Source: Alphaproteobacteria bacterium (GTDB lineage: Bacteria > Pseudomonadota > Alphaproteobacteria > Caulobacterales > Aquidulcibacteraceae). From it: a stretch of DNA of 24,000 nt. Positions 9,071 through 18,183 of this stretch are shown piece after piece; positions within the stretch are counted from its first letter, which is position 1; each line of letters starts with the position of its first letter. Below the pieces are notes generated by a model, which was not told the DNA's origin, searched no databases, and worked only from the letters and a program-made list of their open reading frames with translations. The stretch lies in the NCBI GenBank assembly GCA_018969015.1, contig JAGWZE010000015.1, forward strand, positions 33,917-57,916, given 5' to 3'. The position numbers and the translations under genes are program-made.

Positions 9071-9105
9071 GCCCTCCCCCAGCGGGGGAGGGTTGGGAGG
9101 GGGAG
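9071..9105 (+). repeat. 35-bp REP-type element with a 9-bp hairpin, copy 1 (21 nt after the gatB stop)
   Basis: gccctcccccagcgggggagggttgggagggggag is the exact reverse complement of 13950-13984. It contains the hairpin ccctccccc-agc-gggggaggg. It lies on the same strand as the gene it follows. Confidence 0.85.
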
Positions 9106-9367
9106 GCGAGCGCCGCCGCCCTGGCGTGTTTCTCGCTGACCGGATCAAAGCGCCGGCTCGCCCAGCCGCCGGTCGGGCCTCTATCATCCGCACGCGGATC
9201 AAAAATAATCCGGATTCAGCGTTTTTTCTCGTTAGGCCGAATGCGGCTTAACCCTATTGCAAGAAGAGCACGGCATTTCTTGTCCCGTGGCGGCACGGAC
9301 CGCCGGTGGGATTGCGGGCGGACGAGGTCAAAAAGACCCGGCGCCCGCGGGACAAGGGAAGACGAAA

Positions 9368-9643
9368 ATGGCGTTCTCTGACGTTGAAATTCAAGGGTTC
9401 CACGCTGCCGTGACGGCGCCGCAGCCGCATCCGGAAGACCTGTACCGTCTCGGTCTGGTGTATTCGACGGGCCAGGGCGCGCCGCTCGACTATGTCGAAG
9501 CGCACAAGTGGTTCAATCTGGCCGCGCTGCGCGGCTATGACGCCGCCAAGCATTGCCGCAAGGAACTGGCTGATCAGATGAGCTCGGCGGAGATCGCCGC
9601 GGCCCAGCGCGCCGCGCGCGAGTGGATGTCGCGTCCGAACTGA
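9368..9643 (+). CDS. Small Sel1-repeat (SLR/TPR-like) protein
   Basis: MAFSDVEIQGF...LYRLGLVYSTGQGAPLDYVEAHKWFNLAALRGYDAAKHCRKEL matches the Sel1 repeat consensus. I prefer the ATG at 9368 (AAGGGAAG upstream). The 5' extension to 9257 has A/T-rich third positions. Confidence 0.7.
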   Translation: MAFSDVEIQGFHAAVTAPQPHPEDLYRLGLVYSTGQGAPLDYVEAHKWFNLAALRGYDAAKHCRKELADQMSSAEIAAAQRAAREWMSRPN

Positions 9644-9657
9644 ACGCGGCTCGACGC

Positions 9658-9771
9658 TCAGCGCGTCCCATGGCGCGCGGCCGGCGCGGAGGACGCCGCG
9701 GTGGTCGCGGCGCAGCCGACGAAGCCGAGCACGATGAATAGGGCGACGCTGACGATGGCGCGTTGAGACAT
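9658..9771 (-). CDS. Possible 37-aa lipoprotein (tentative)
   Basis: MSQRAIVSVALFIVLGFVGCAATTAASSAPAARHGTR has a signal-peptide-like N-terminus ending in a lipobox-like FVGC. High GC3. AGGACGG lies upstream of the ATG at 9771. It is the 3' portion of track ORF 9658..10356. Confidence 0.3.
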   Translation of the reverse strand: MSQRAIVSVALFIVLGFVGCAATTAASSAPAARHGTR

Positions 9772-9907
9772 GGAGACCGTCCTGGAACGGATGATCTCCA
9801 GCAAGAAGCGCGCCGCCGCGCTACCGAACCGTAGCGGTCGAGCATGGTGAACGCACGCCGATGCGCGCGCTCCGCGCGGGCGCCTCGCCCAACGATCCGA
9901 TCCTGAT

Positions 9908-9935
9908 GGCCGCCTTCGGGCGGCCTTTTCGTTTT
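9908..9935 (+). terminator. Canonical rho-independent terminator on the + strand with no obvious + strand gene
   Basis: ggccgcc-ttcg-ggcggcc forms a 7-bp G/C stem with a UUCG tetraloop, followed directly by ttttcgtttt. On the minus strand it is preceded by an A-tract and has no U-tract. Confidence 0.55.
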
Positions 9936-9955
9936 CGGCGAGGCCGATCGCGCCC

Positions 9956-10999
9956 CTACAGCGCCGGGACGCGGGCGAGGCGGCGTCCGCCGCCCCAGAG
10001 CGGTGCGCTGGCGCTCTTGTCGCGGCGCGGCGAGGGCGGATCGGTGGGGGCGAACGCCAGTCCGGCCGAGCGGCACAGGCGCGCGAGCAGCATGTCACGG
10101 CGCGTCGAAAGGACGAGCCAGGCGAGGAGCGTTGCCGGCGCGAGCGCCAGCGTGCGCGCCGCCGCGGCCCGGCGCAACGACGCGAGGGCGGCGGCGTCGG
10201 CCCCGGCGGCGATGAGCGCGACCCTGCGGCGCCCGCCTTCCGCATAGGCGCGGGCGGCTGCGGCGCGCAGCGATGCGTTCTCGAAGGGGACGTGCGTGGT
10301 GAGGCGGGCGTCTTCGGCCCACACGAAGCGCGCGCCCGAGGCCTGGGCCCGCGCAAGGAGCGCCTCGGCCTCGGCGGCTTCGGGCACGACCGCCGCCGTC
10401 GCGACGAACGGCGCGCGGCCGGGAAAGATCCGCTCCCGGACGAACAGGGCGTTGGCGAGGTTCAACAGATCGGCGCCGGGGCCGCGTCCGCTTGGCGCCG
10501 CGCGCGCCGTGAGCGCCGCGATCAGCCCGCGGGCGAGAAGAACGCCTTCCGGCAGGCGGGCCTCGATCGGGCCGAAGGCGGCGTCGGCGGCGTCGGCGCG
10601 GAGCGCGGCGGCGAGCGCCGCGAGCCAGCCCGGCGCGGCCTCGTGGACGTCGTCGAGGAACGCCACAAGTTCGCCCGTCGCCTTGGCGAGGCCGGCGGAG
10701 CGCGCCTGCGCCCACCCGCCGGGGCAGGGCGCGTGGGTCCAGTCGAACGGGCAGGGGGCCTCGGCCTCAAGCGCCCGCATCAGGGGCAGCGCCGAGCCGG
10801 CGGGATCGGCGTCGACCGCCACCACTTGCAGCGCGAGCCCCGCGCCGCGCTGGGCGAACGCGCTGCGCACCGCGCGGATCAGGCCGTGCGGGCGCCGCCG
10901 CGTGCAGACGATCAGCGTCACGCTGCGCCACACCCGCGGCGCGGGCGCAAGGCGAAGCGAAGGCGGCGGCGGCGCGGCGTCGGCGAAGGTCTCGATCAT
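9956..10999 (-). CDS. Family 2 (GT-A fold) glycosyltransferase-like protein
   Basis: The N-terminal VTLIVCTRRRPHGLIRAVRSAFAQ, then VVAVDADP, then ARSAGLAKATGELVAFLDDV(H) follow the usual GT2 pattern (beta1 / DxD). The C-terminal third is low-complexity, so the exact 3' end is less certain. Confidence 0.65.
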   Translation of the reverse strand: MIETFADAAPPPPSLRLAPAPRVWRSVTLIVCTRRRPHGLIRAVRSAFAQRGAGLALQVVAVDADPAGSALPLMRALEAEAPCPFDWTHAPCPGGWAQARSAGLAKATGELVAFLDDVHEAAPGWLAALAAALRADAADAAFGPIEARLPEGVLLARGLIAALTARAAPSGRGPGADLLNLANALFVRERIFPGRAPFVATAAVVPEAAEAEALLARAQASGARFVWAEDARLTTHVPFENASLRAAAARAYAEGGRRRVALIAAGADAAALASLRRAAAARTLALAPATLLAWLVLSTRRDMLLARLCRSAGLAFAPTDPPSPRRDKSASAPLWGGGRRLARVPAL

Positions 11000-11316
11000 G
11001 CGCCGAGCCTACCCGCCCAAGGTTGATATTCCGCCCACTTTACAGGTGTTTACCATGGTGGTGGGGAGGGCGCGCCAAGGCGGCCGAAGCAGCGCGCCTT
11101 CGCCCGCCCGCGCGGAGAGCTGCGGGACCGGGTCGCACGCACCTGCGACGCGCACGGCGTCGCGCCCCTTTCACGCGAGCTGCCCGCGCGCCGCGTCCCC
11201 GCGACCGCCCCCGCATCCGCCCCAACGCCAAACGTGCGGCCGCGGGCGAAGCGACGCGCCTCCCGCCGCCGACGCCTTGTGCCGAACGCGCCCCCGCGGT
11301 AAGCCATGCGCCCGCT

Positions 11317-11407
11317 GGAGACGTGGCCGAGTGGCTGAAGGCGGCGCCTTGCTAAGGCGTTATACGGGAAAACTGTATCGAGGGTTCGAATCCCTCCGTC
11401 TCCGCCA
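11317..11407 (+). tRNA. tRNA-Ser (anticodon GCU) with encoded CCA
   Basis: Acceptor stem ggagacg/cgtctcc. Anticodon stem gcgcc/ggcgt with loop TTGCTAA (anticodon GCT). Long variable arm. T-arm gaggg-ttcgaat-ccctc. Discriminator G followed by CCA. Confidence 0.95.
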
Positions 11408-11454
11408 TCCATCATCTGTGCGACAGCGCGGGTGGCTTGGGCCGCCGCGGGTGG

Positions 11455-12270
11455 TCAGGGTTTGCGGACTTCGACTTTCAGGAAGCGCGCGGGGATGACC
11501 GTTCTGTCGGGCGTGGGACTGGTGTTTTCGCGGGCGAACAGGGCGCGCAGTTCGCTGCGCAGGGCGTCGGCCTTGCCGGCGGCGGCGGCCGCGTCGAAGG
11601 CGTTCATGGTGGGGCCGTAGAAGCGTTCGAAGAGGTCGACGAAGCTGTCGGGCGGCCCGGCATGGTCGAACACGTAGGTTTCGCGCGAGAAGGCGATCGC
11701 GTCCGGCGCGGCGCCGGCCTTTACGAAGCGGGCGGTGACGGTGGCGTCATCGCCCCAGGTCATGGGGCTCACGAAGCCGGGCGGCGGCGGCGCCGCGTAG
11801 GCCGAGCTGATGCGCAGGATCTGCGCAACGAGGGTCGGATCGTTCGGGATCCAGTTGCCCATCACGATCCGGCCGCCGGGCTTGACGACGCGCAGCATCG
11901 CGGCGGCGACATCGTCCGGACGGGGCGCGAACATGGCGCCGAAGATCGAAACGACGACATCGAACGCGTCGCCGGGAAGATCGCTGAGATCGAAGGCGTC
12001 GCCGAGCTGGAAGCGGCAATTCGAAAGGCCGAGCGCCTGGGCGCGGCGCGCGCCGGCCTCGACGAGGTTGGACGCGATGTCGACGCCGAGGACGTCGGCG
12101 CCGCGTTGCGCGGCGGGGATGGCGGTCGTGCCGTCGCCGCAGCCGAGGTCGAGCACGCGCGTGCCGGGCGCCAGGGCGAGACTGGCGACGAGCGCCTCGC
12201 CGCCCTCCCGCATGGCGGCGGCGATGCGGGTGAAATCGCCCTTTTCCCAGAGCGCCTTGTTCGGATTCAT
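11455..12270 (-). CDS. Class I SAM-dependent methyltransferase
   Basis: 271 aa with motif I RVLDLGCGDGTTA, motif post-I DVLGVDIA, and VKPGGRIVM. Confidence 0.85.
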   Translation of the reverse strand: MNPNKALWEKGDFTRIAAAMREGGEALVASLALAPGTRVLDLGCGDGTTAIPAAQRGADVLGVDIASNLVEAGARRAQALGLSNCRFQLGDAFDLSDLPGDAFDVVVSIFGAMFAPRPDDVAAAMLRVVKPGGRIVMGNWIPNDPTLVAQILRISSAYAAPPPPGFVSPMTWGDDATVTARFVKAGAAPDAIAFSRETYVFDHAGPPDSFVDLFERFYGPTMNAFDAAAAAGKADALRSELRALFARENTSPTPDRTVIPARFLKVEVRKP

Positions 12271-12397
12271 CCCGGCCTGCCTTTATTGGTAAGGGGCGCG
12301 ATCACGGGCGCAGCCCGCCGTGGGGCAACGCCGGCGCGCGGCCCCAGTTCCGGTCGGAGCCCACGGATCCCGTTTAGGGCGCCGACCGGGCGGGCCC

Positions 12398-13270
12398 TCA
12401 GCTCTTCGCCTGCAGCTTGTCCGCCGTTTTCGTGTCGAAGTCGCTGGCGTCGTGGCGCTCGTGGAGTTGCGTCGCGGGGTCGCCGGTGACGCGGTTGACC
12501 ATGCGGCCGCGCTGGACGGCGGGGCGGGCGGCGATCTCGTCGGTCCAGCGCTGGACGTGCGTGTACTCGTGGACGGCGAGGAACTCGCCGGCCTCGTAGA
12601 CGAGGCCTTTCACGAGCGCGCCGTACCAGGGCCAGATCGCCATGTCGGCGATGGTGTAGACGTCGCCGCACATGTAGCGGTTGTCGGCGAGGTGGCGGTT
12701 GAGCACGTCGAGCTGGCGCTTCACTTCCATGGCGTAGCGGTCGATCGCGTATTCGACCTTGATGGGCGCGTAGGCGTAGAAATGTCCGAAGCCGCCGCCG
12801 AGGATCGGGGCCGATCCCATCTGCCAGAACAGCCACGATTGGCACGCCGCGCGGGCTGCGCCGGCTTGCGGGTAGAACGCGCCGAACTTCTCGGCGAGGT
12901 ACATGAGGATGGCGCCGCTCTCGAACACGCGCACGGGCTCGGGGCCGCTGCGATCGAGGAGGGCGGGGATCTTCGAGTTGGGGTTCACGTCCACGAAGCC
13001 GGACGAGAACTGGTCGCCCGCCATGATGTTGATGAGCCAGGCGTCGTACTCGGCGCCGGTATGGCCGAGCGCGAGGAGCTCCTCGAGCAGGACCGTGACT
13101 TTGACGCCGTTCGGCGTGCCGAGCGAGTAGAGTTGCAGCGGGTGCTTGCCGACGGGCAGCGCCTTTTCGTGGGTGGGGCCCGCGATCGGGCGGTTGATCG
13201 CGGCGAAGCGACCGCCGCTCTCTCTGTTCCAGGTCCAGACCTTGGGCGGAACGTAGGGGGTGTCGGTCAT
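12398..13270 (-). CDS. yghU: Nu-class glutathione S-transferase / disulfide-bond reductase YghU
   Basis: MTDTPYVPPKVWTWNRESGGRFAAINRPIAGPTHEKALPVGKHPLQLYSLGTPNGVKV...DQFSSGFVDVNPNSKIPAL...LHERHDASDF appears near-colinear with E. coli YghU as I remember it. Start taken at ATG 13270; the track ORF is extended to 13357. Confidence 0.9.
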   Translation of the reverse strand: MTDTPYVPPKVWTWNRESGGRFAAINRPIAGPTHEKALPVGKHPLQLYSLGTPNGVKVTVLLEELLALGHTGAEYDAWLINIMAGDQFSSGFVDVNPNSKIPALLDRSGPEPVRVFESGAILMYLAEKFGAFYPQAGAARAACQSWLFWQMGSAPILGGGFGHFYAYAPIKVEYAIDRYAMEVKRQLDVLNRHLADNRYMCGDVYTIADMAIWPWYGALVKGLVYEAGEFLAVHEYTHVQRWTDEIAARPAVQRGRMVNRVTGDPATQLHERHDASDFDTKTADKLQAKS

Positions 13271-13385
13271 CGGCGCGTCCTCGTTTTGGTGGCGGGGGAC
13301 ACTATCGCCGGCGGCGGCCGCCGTCATCTGGCGCGGGCGATGCGCGTTTGGCCGCACGGCGCGGCTGCGCCTGCGGGTTCAGCAG

Positions 13386-13480
13386 AAAAAAAGGGACGCG
13401 GCGGAGAGGCGTGAGCCTGGGTCGGCCGACCCTGGTTTGCATGCGTTGGAGGAGATTGGCTTTCGGCCTCTCCGCCGCGT
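13386..13480 (-). terminator. Large terminator-like hairpin followed by T7 on the minus strand
   Basis: The 15-bp arms acgcggcggagaggc (13396-13410) and gcctctccgccgcgt (13466-13480) enclose 55 nt that include the 14-bp palindrome gggtcggccgaccc. On the minus strand the structure is followed by ccc and then TTTTTTT (13392-13386). Confidence 0.5.
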
Positions 13481-13829
13481 TCGGCGCGCCGGTTTGGTCA
13501 ACCCGGCGAGGGGCTACTTGCTGATTTGGTCGCCTACATTTTCGGCGCGTACGTCAGCGTTCGCATTCCTCCTTGAGACCCGAGGCCGGAGCTCGCCCTC
13601 ACCCGGCTTGAGATAGGCGCGCACACCCACACGGGGGCGACCCTGCTCTCGAGGCAGGTTTTCCCGGGGCCTGACCGCAACCGTTCGAGGCGTCACCCTC
13701 TCCCGGCCCGTTCACCGATCCGCTGCGCGTTCTCGACGTTCTAGACCGCCCTGTCGCAGCGACGGGAGGAGTATGCGGCGGGATCGTCCGGGGGCGGATT
13801 AGTTTTTGTCTATCCCCCATCCGCGCGGC

Positions 13830-13926
13830 GTCATCCTCGACGCGCCGCAGGCGCGGCGGGGATCCAGGCGTGCGGGGCTGCGGTTTCTGGATCCCCGCCT
13901 CGCACGGGGTGCGAGGCGAGGATGAC
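13830..13926. repeat. Roughly 97-bp multi-stem palindromic REP-like element
   Basis: Outer inverted repeat gtcatcctcg (13830-13839) / cgaggatgac (13917-13926). Inner inverted repeat ggggatccag (13858-13867) / ctggatcccc (13887-13896). There are also local hairpins cgccgc-agg-gcggcg and gcctcgca-cggg-tgcgaggc. Confidence 0.7.
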
Positions 13927-13949
13927 AGAGAGTGTGGGTGTGTGCGCTT

Positions 13950-13984
13950 CTCCCCCTCCCAACCCTCCCCCGCTGGGGGAGGGC
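13950..13984 (-). repeat. 35-bp REP-type element, copy 2 (21 nt after the katG stop)
   Basis: ctccccctcccaaccctcccccgctgggggagggc is the exact reverse complement of 9071-9105. Read on the katG strand it has the same orientation relative to the upstream gene as copy 1. Confidence 0.85.
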
Positions 13985-14005
13985 TTTTTGGGGGGGCGCT
14001 CGGCG

Positions 14006-16420
<2,415 letters not shown>

Positions 16421-16462
16421 TCACGCGTGGCGCCGACATTGCGCCGGCGGATCAGCGCACGC

Positions 16463-17197
16463 ATGTCGTTCTCGGACCTTCAGGCCTTCGTCTCCGTCGT
16501 CAACGCCGTCGAGAGCTTGGCCGAGCTGGAGGCCGCGCTGGCGGACGTCACCCGCACGCTCGGCTTCGAGCACTACGCGCTGATGCATCATGTGCCCGCG
16601 CGCGCGGCGCGTAAGCCGATCCTGCGCCTGACGAATTATCCGCTCGAGTGGCAGGAGCGGTTCACCGCGCGCGCCTACGTGACCGACGATCCGATCTTCG
16701 TGGCGTGCCAGACGCGCGTGCTGAGTTTCCTGTGGTCGGACGTGCCGCGCCTGATCGCGCTTTCGCCCCGGCAAGCGGCGATTTTCGAGGAGGCGACGCG
16801 GTATGGCTTGCGCAACGGCGTCAGCGTGCCGATCCACGTGCCCGGTGAAATTCCAGGCTCCTGCACGCTGGCGGTCTCCCATGGCGCGGAGATCGAAACC
16901 GCGAAGGTGCCGCTCGTCCACTATGTCGGATGCTTCGCGTTCGAAGCGGGGCGCAGGCTGCTTTCGGTGCGTCCCAACGCGGGCGCCGTCGTGCTCACGC
17001 CGCGCCAGATCGACTGCCTGCTGCTCATTGCGCGCGGGAAGAGCGATTGGGAGGCGTCGCGCATTCTCGGCATCAGCGAGACGACGGTGCATCAGCACGT
17101 CGAAGCGGCCAAGGCGCGCTACGGGGTTTCGACGCGCATGCAACTCGTGGTGCGCGCCTTGTTCGACAGCACGCTTGCGTTCTCGGACATCGCCTGA
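16463..17197 (+). CDS. LuxR-family acyl-homoserine-lactone-responsive transcriptional regulator
   Basis: The autoinducer-binding domain carries the conserved W, Y, D, P, W and G positions (EW..., AYVTDDP, FLWSD, YGLRNGVSVP). The C-terminal LuxR HTH reads LTPRQIDCLLLIARGKSDWEASRILGISETTVHQHV. The start could instead be the GTG at 16427. Confidence 0.85.
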   Translation: MSFSDLQAFVSVVNAVESLAELEAALADVTRTLGFEHYALMHHVPARAARKPILRLTNYPLEWQERFTARAYVTDDPIFVACQTRVLSFLWSDVPRLIALSPRQAAIFEEATRYGLRNGVSVPIHVPGEIPGSCTLAVSHGAEIETAKVPLVHYVGCFAFEAGRRLLSVRPNAGAVVLTPRQIDCLLLIARGKSDWEASRILGISETTVHQHVEAAKARYGVSTRMQLVVRALFDSTLAFSDIA

Positions 17198-17268
17198 GCG
17201 CCATCCCCCGATCGGAGGATCGTCCGAGGCCGGCCGCCGCCGCCACTCTTGCAGCCAGGAGGACCCTC

Positions 17269-17886
17269 ATGGTTGCAGTGATCACCAAGACCAATCGTGG
17301 CGCGTACGCCGAGCAGCTGCGCGCGATGCATCGCGACCGCGCGCGCATTTTCGTCGAGGCGTGGCGCTGGCGTCTGCCGGTGACCGGCGACGGTCTCGAG
17401 ATCGACCAGTACGACACCGACGACGCAATCTACCTCGTCGATTTCGACGCGGACTGCGCGCATCTCGCCTCGTTGCGGCTGCTTCCGACGACGCGCCCGC
17501 ATTTGATGTCGGACATGTTTCCCGATCTTTGTGCGGACGGGCCGGTCGTTGGCGACGATGTCTGGGAGATCAGCCGATTGTGCACGTCGCCGGAGCTGCC
17601 GCAGGACCGGCACAGGCCCATGCGCAACCGGCTGGCGCGGGCGATGCTGGAGTTCGGTTTCCTGTTCGGCATCACGCGCTTCGTCGGCGTGACGAACCTG
17701 CAGTATCTGTCGCGCATGCTGGCGTTCGGCTGGGAGTGTATGCCGCTCGGTCTCCCCAAGGAGATGGACGGTGTGCCCGTCGGCGCCTTCGTGATCGACA
17801 ATTCGCCCGCGTCGATCGAGGCGTTTCGCGCGCGGACCGGCACGCGTTTTCCGGCGCTTCAGCTTGACCGCGATCTCGCGGCATAA
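17269..17886 (+). CDS. LuxI-family acyl-homoserine-lactone synthase
   Basis: Internal ATG with AGGAGG 7 nt upstream. Contains RARIFVEAWRWRL...GLEIDQYDTDDAIYLV...ASLRLLPT...WEISRLC, the conserved R/F/W/E/D/D/R/E/S/R residues of LuxI homologues. Confidence 0.9.
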   Translation: MVAVITKTNRGAYAEQLRAMHRDRARIFVEAWRWRLPVTGDGLEIDQYDTDDAIYLVDFDADCAHLASLRLLPTTRPHLMSDMFPDLCADGPVVGDDVWEISRLCTSPELPQDRHRPMRNRLARAMLEFGFLFGITRFVGVTNLQYLSRMLAFGWECMPLGLPKEMDGVPVGAFVIDNSPASIEAFRARTGTRFPALQLDRDLAA

Positions 17887-17895
17887 GGACCAGCG

Positions 17896-18120
17896 ATGCG
17901 GCCGCGGGGTTCGGCGCCGCTCGCGCCGCTGGTGGAGGAACTCGACGCGCTTGCCGAGGCGGTGCGCCGCCTTCTCGTGGTGCGCGCCGCCGCAGGGGAC
18001 GTCAGCGCGCGCGACCTCGACACCCTGCTCGACGTGCTGCGCGCGATCGAAGACGCCGTCACGGCCCTGCGCTACCCCGAGCCCGACATGTCCGCCATGC
18101 CCGACCAGGACCGGCATTGA
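17896..18120 (+). CDS. Small helical hypothetical protein translationally coupled to luxI
   Basis: 74 codons. The ATG is 9 nt after the luxI TAA, with AAGGA 6-7 nt upstream. About nine-tenths of third positions are G/C by eye, like the real genes here. Followed by a strong hairpin terminator. Confidence 0.55.
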   Translation: MRPRGSAPLAPLVEELDALAEAVRRLLVVRAAAGDVSARDLDTLLDVLRAIEDAVTALRYPEPDMSAMPDQDRH

Positions 18121-18137
18121 ACCGCTGGAAACGAAGC

Positions 18138-18168
18138 GGGCCCGGCCATCGGCCGGGCCCTTTCCCGT
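18138..18168. terminator. Stem-loop terminator between convergent genes
   Basis: gggcccggcc-atc-ggccgggccc forms a 10-bp perfect stem, followed by tttcccgtt on the + strand. It lies between the small ORF (stop 18120) and the TonB-dependent receptor (stop 18184). Confidence 0.6.
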
Positions 18169-18183
18169 TGTGGTCCGCCGCGA

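Noticed and set aside
9180-9260. A/T-richer patch with the AATCCGGATT palindrome and a T6 run after gatB, considered as a terminator
   Set aside because: The palindrome has no loop and only weak A/T pairing once a loop is allowed. The REP hairpin at 9072-9092 is the more plausible 3'-end structure.
11000-11460. tRNA-Ser as a genomic-island integration site
   Set aside because: No integrase, no visible direct repeat of the tRNA 3' end, and the flanking genes (GT2, methyltransferase, yghU) show the same composition as the rest of the window.
13441-13524. 27-codon + strand ORF MRWRRLAFGLSAAFGAPVWSTRRGATC with a signal-peptide-like look
   Set aside because: It has no Shine-Dalgarno sequence, lies inside the terminator hairpin, and is too short to evaluate.
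13620-13740. Partial resemblance to the SRP RNA (GGTCAGGcCCcGG), the cobalamin B12 box (GGTCAGG...AACCTGCC) and the glycine riboswitch (GGGAGAG...TCAGGC...GGGAAAAC)
   Set aside because: Each match is only a few nucleotides with insertions. The rest of the respective conserved cores is missing (GGAAGCAGC for SRP, CCCGC.AC.GU for cobalamin, CCGAAGG.GCAA for glycine). No appropriate downstream gene exists.
13480-13830. Two-piece alphaproteobacterial tmRNA (ssrA). A frame reads ANADVRAENVGDQISK-stop after an SD-like sequence.
   Set aside because: The peptide does not end in the hydrophobic xAA degradation tag. I found no T-arm/ACCA acceptor piece and no GGGG 5' acceptor strand.
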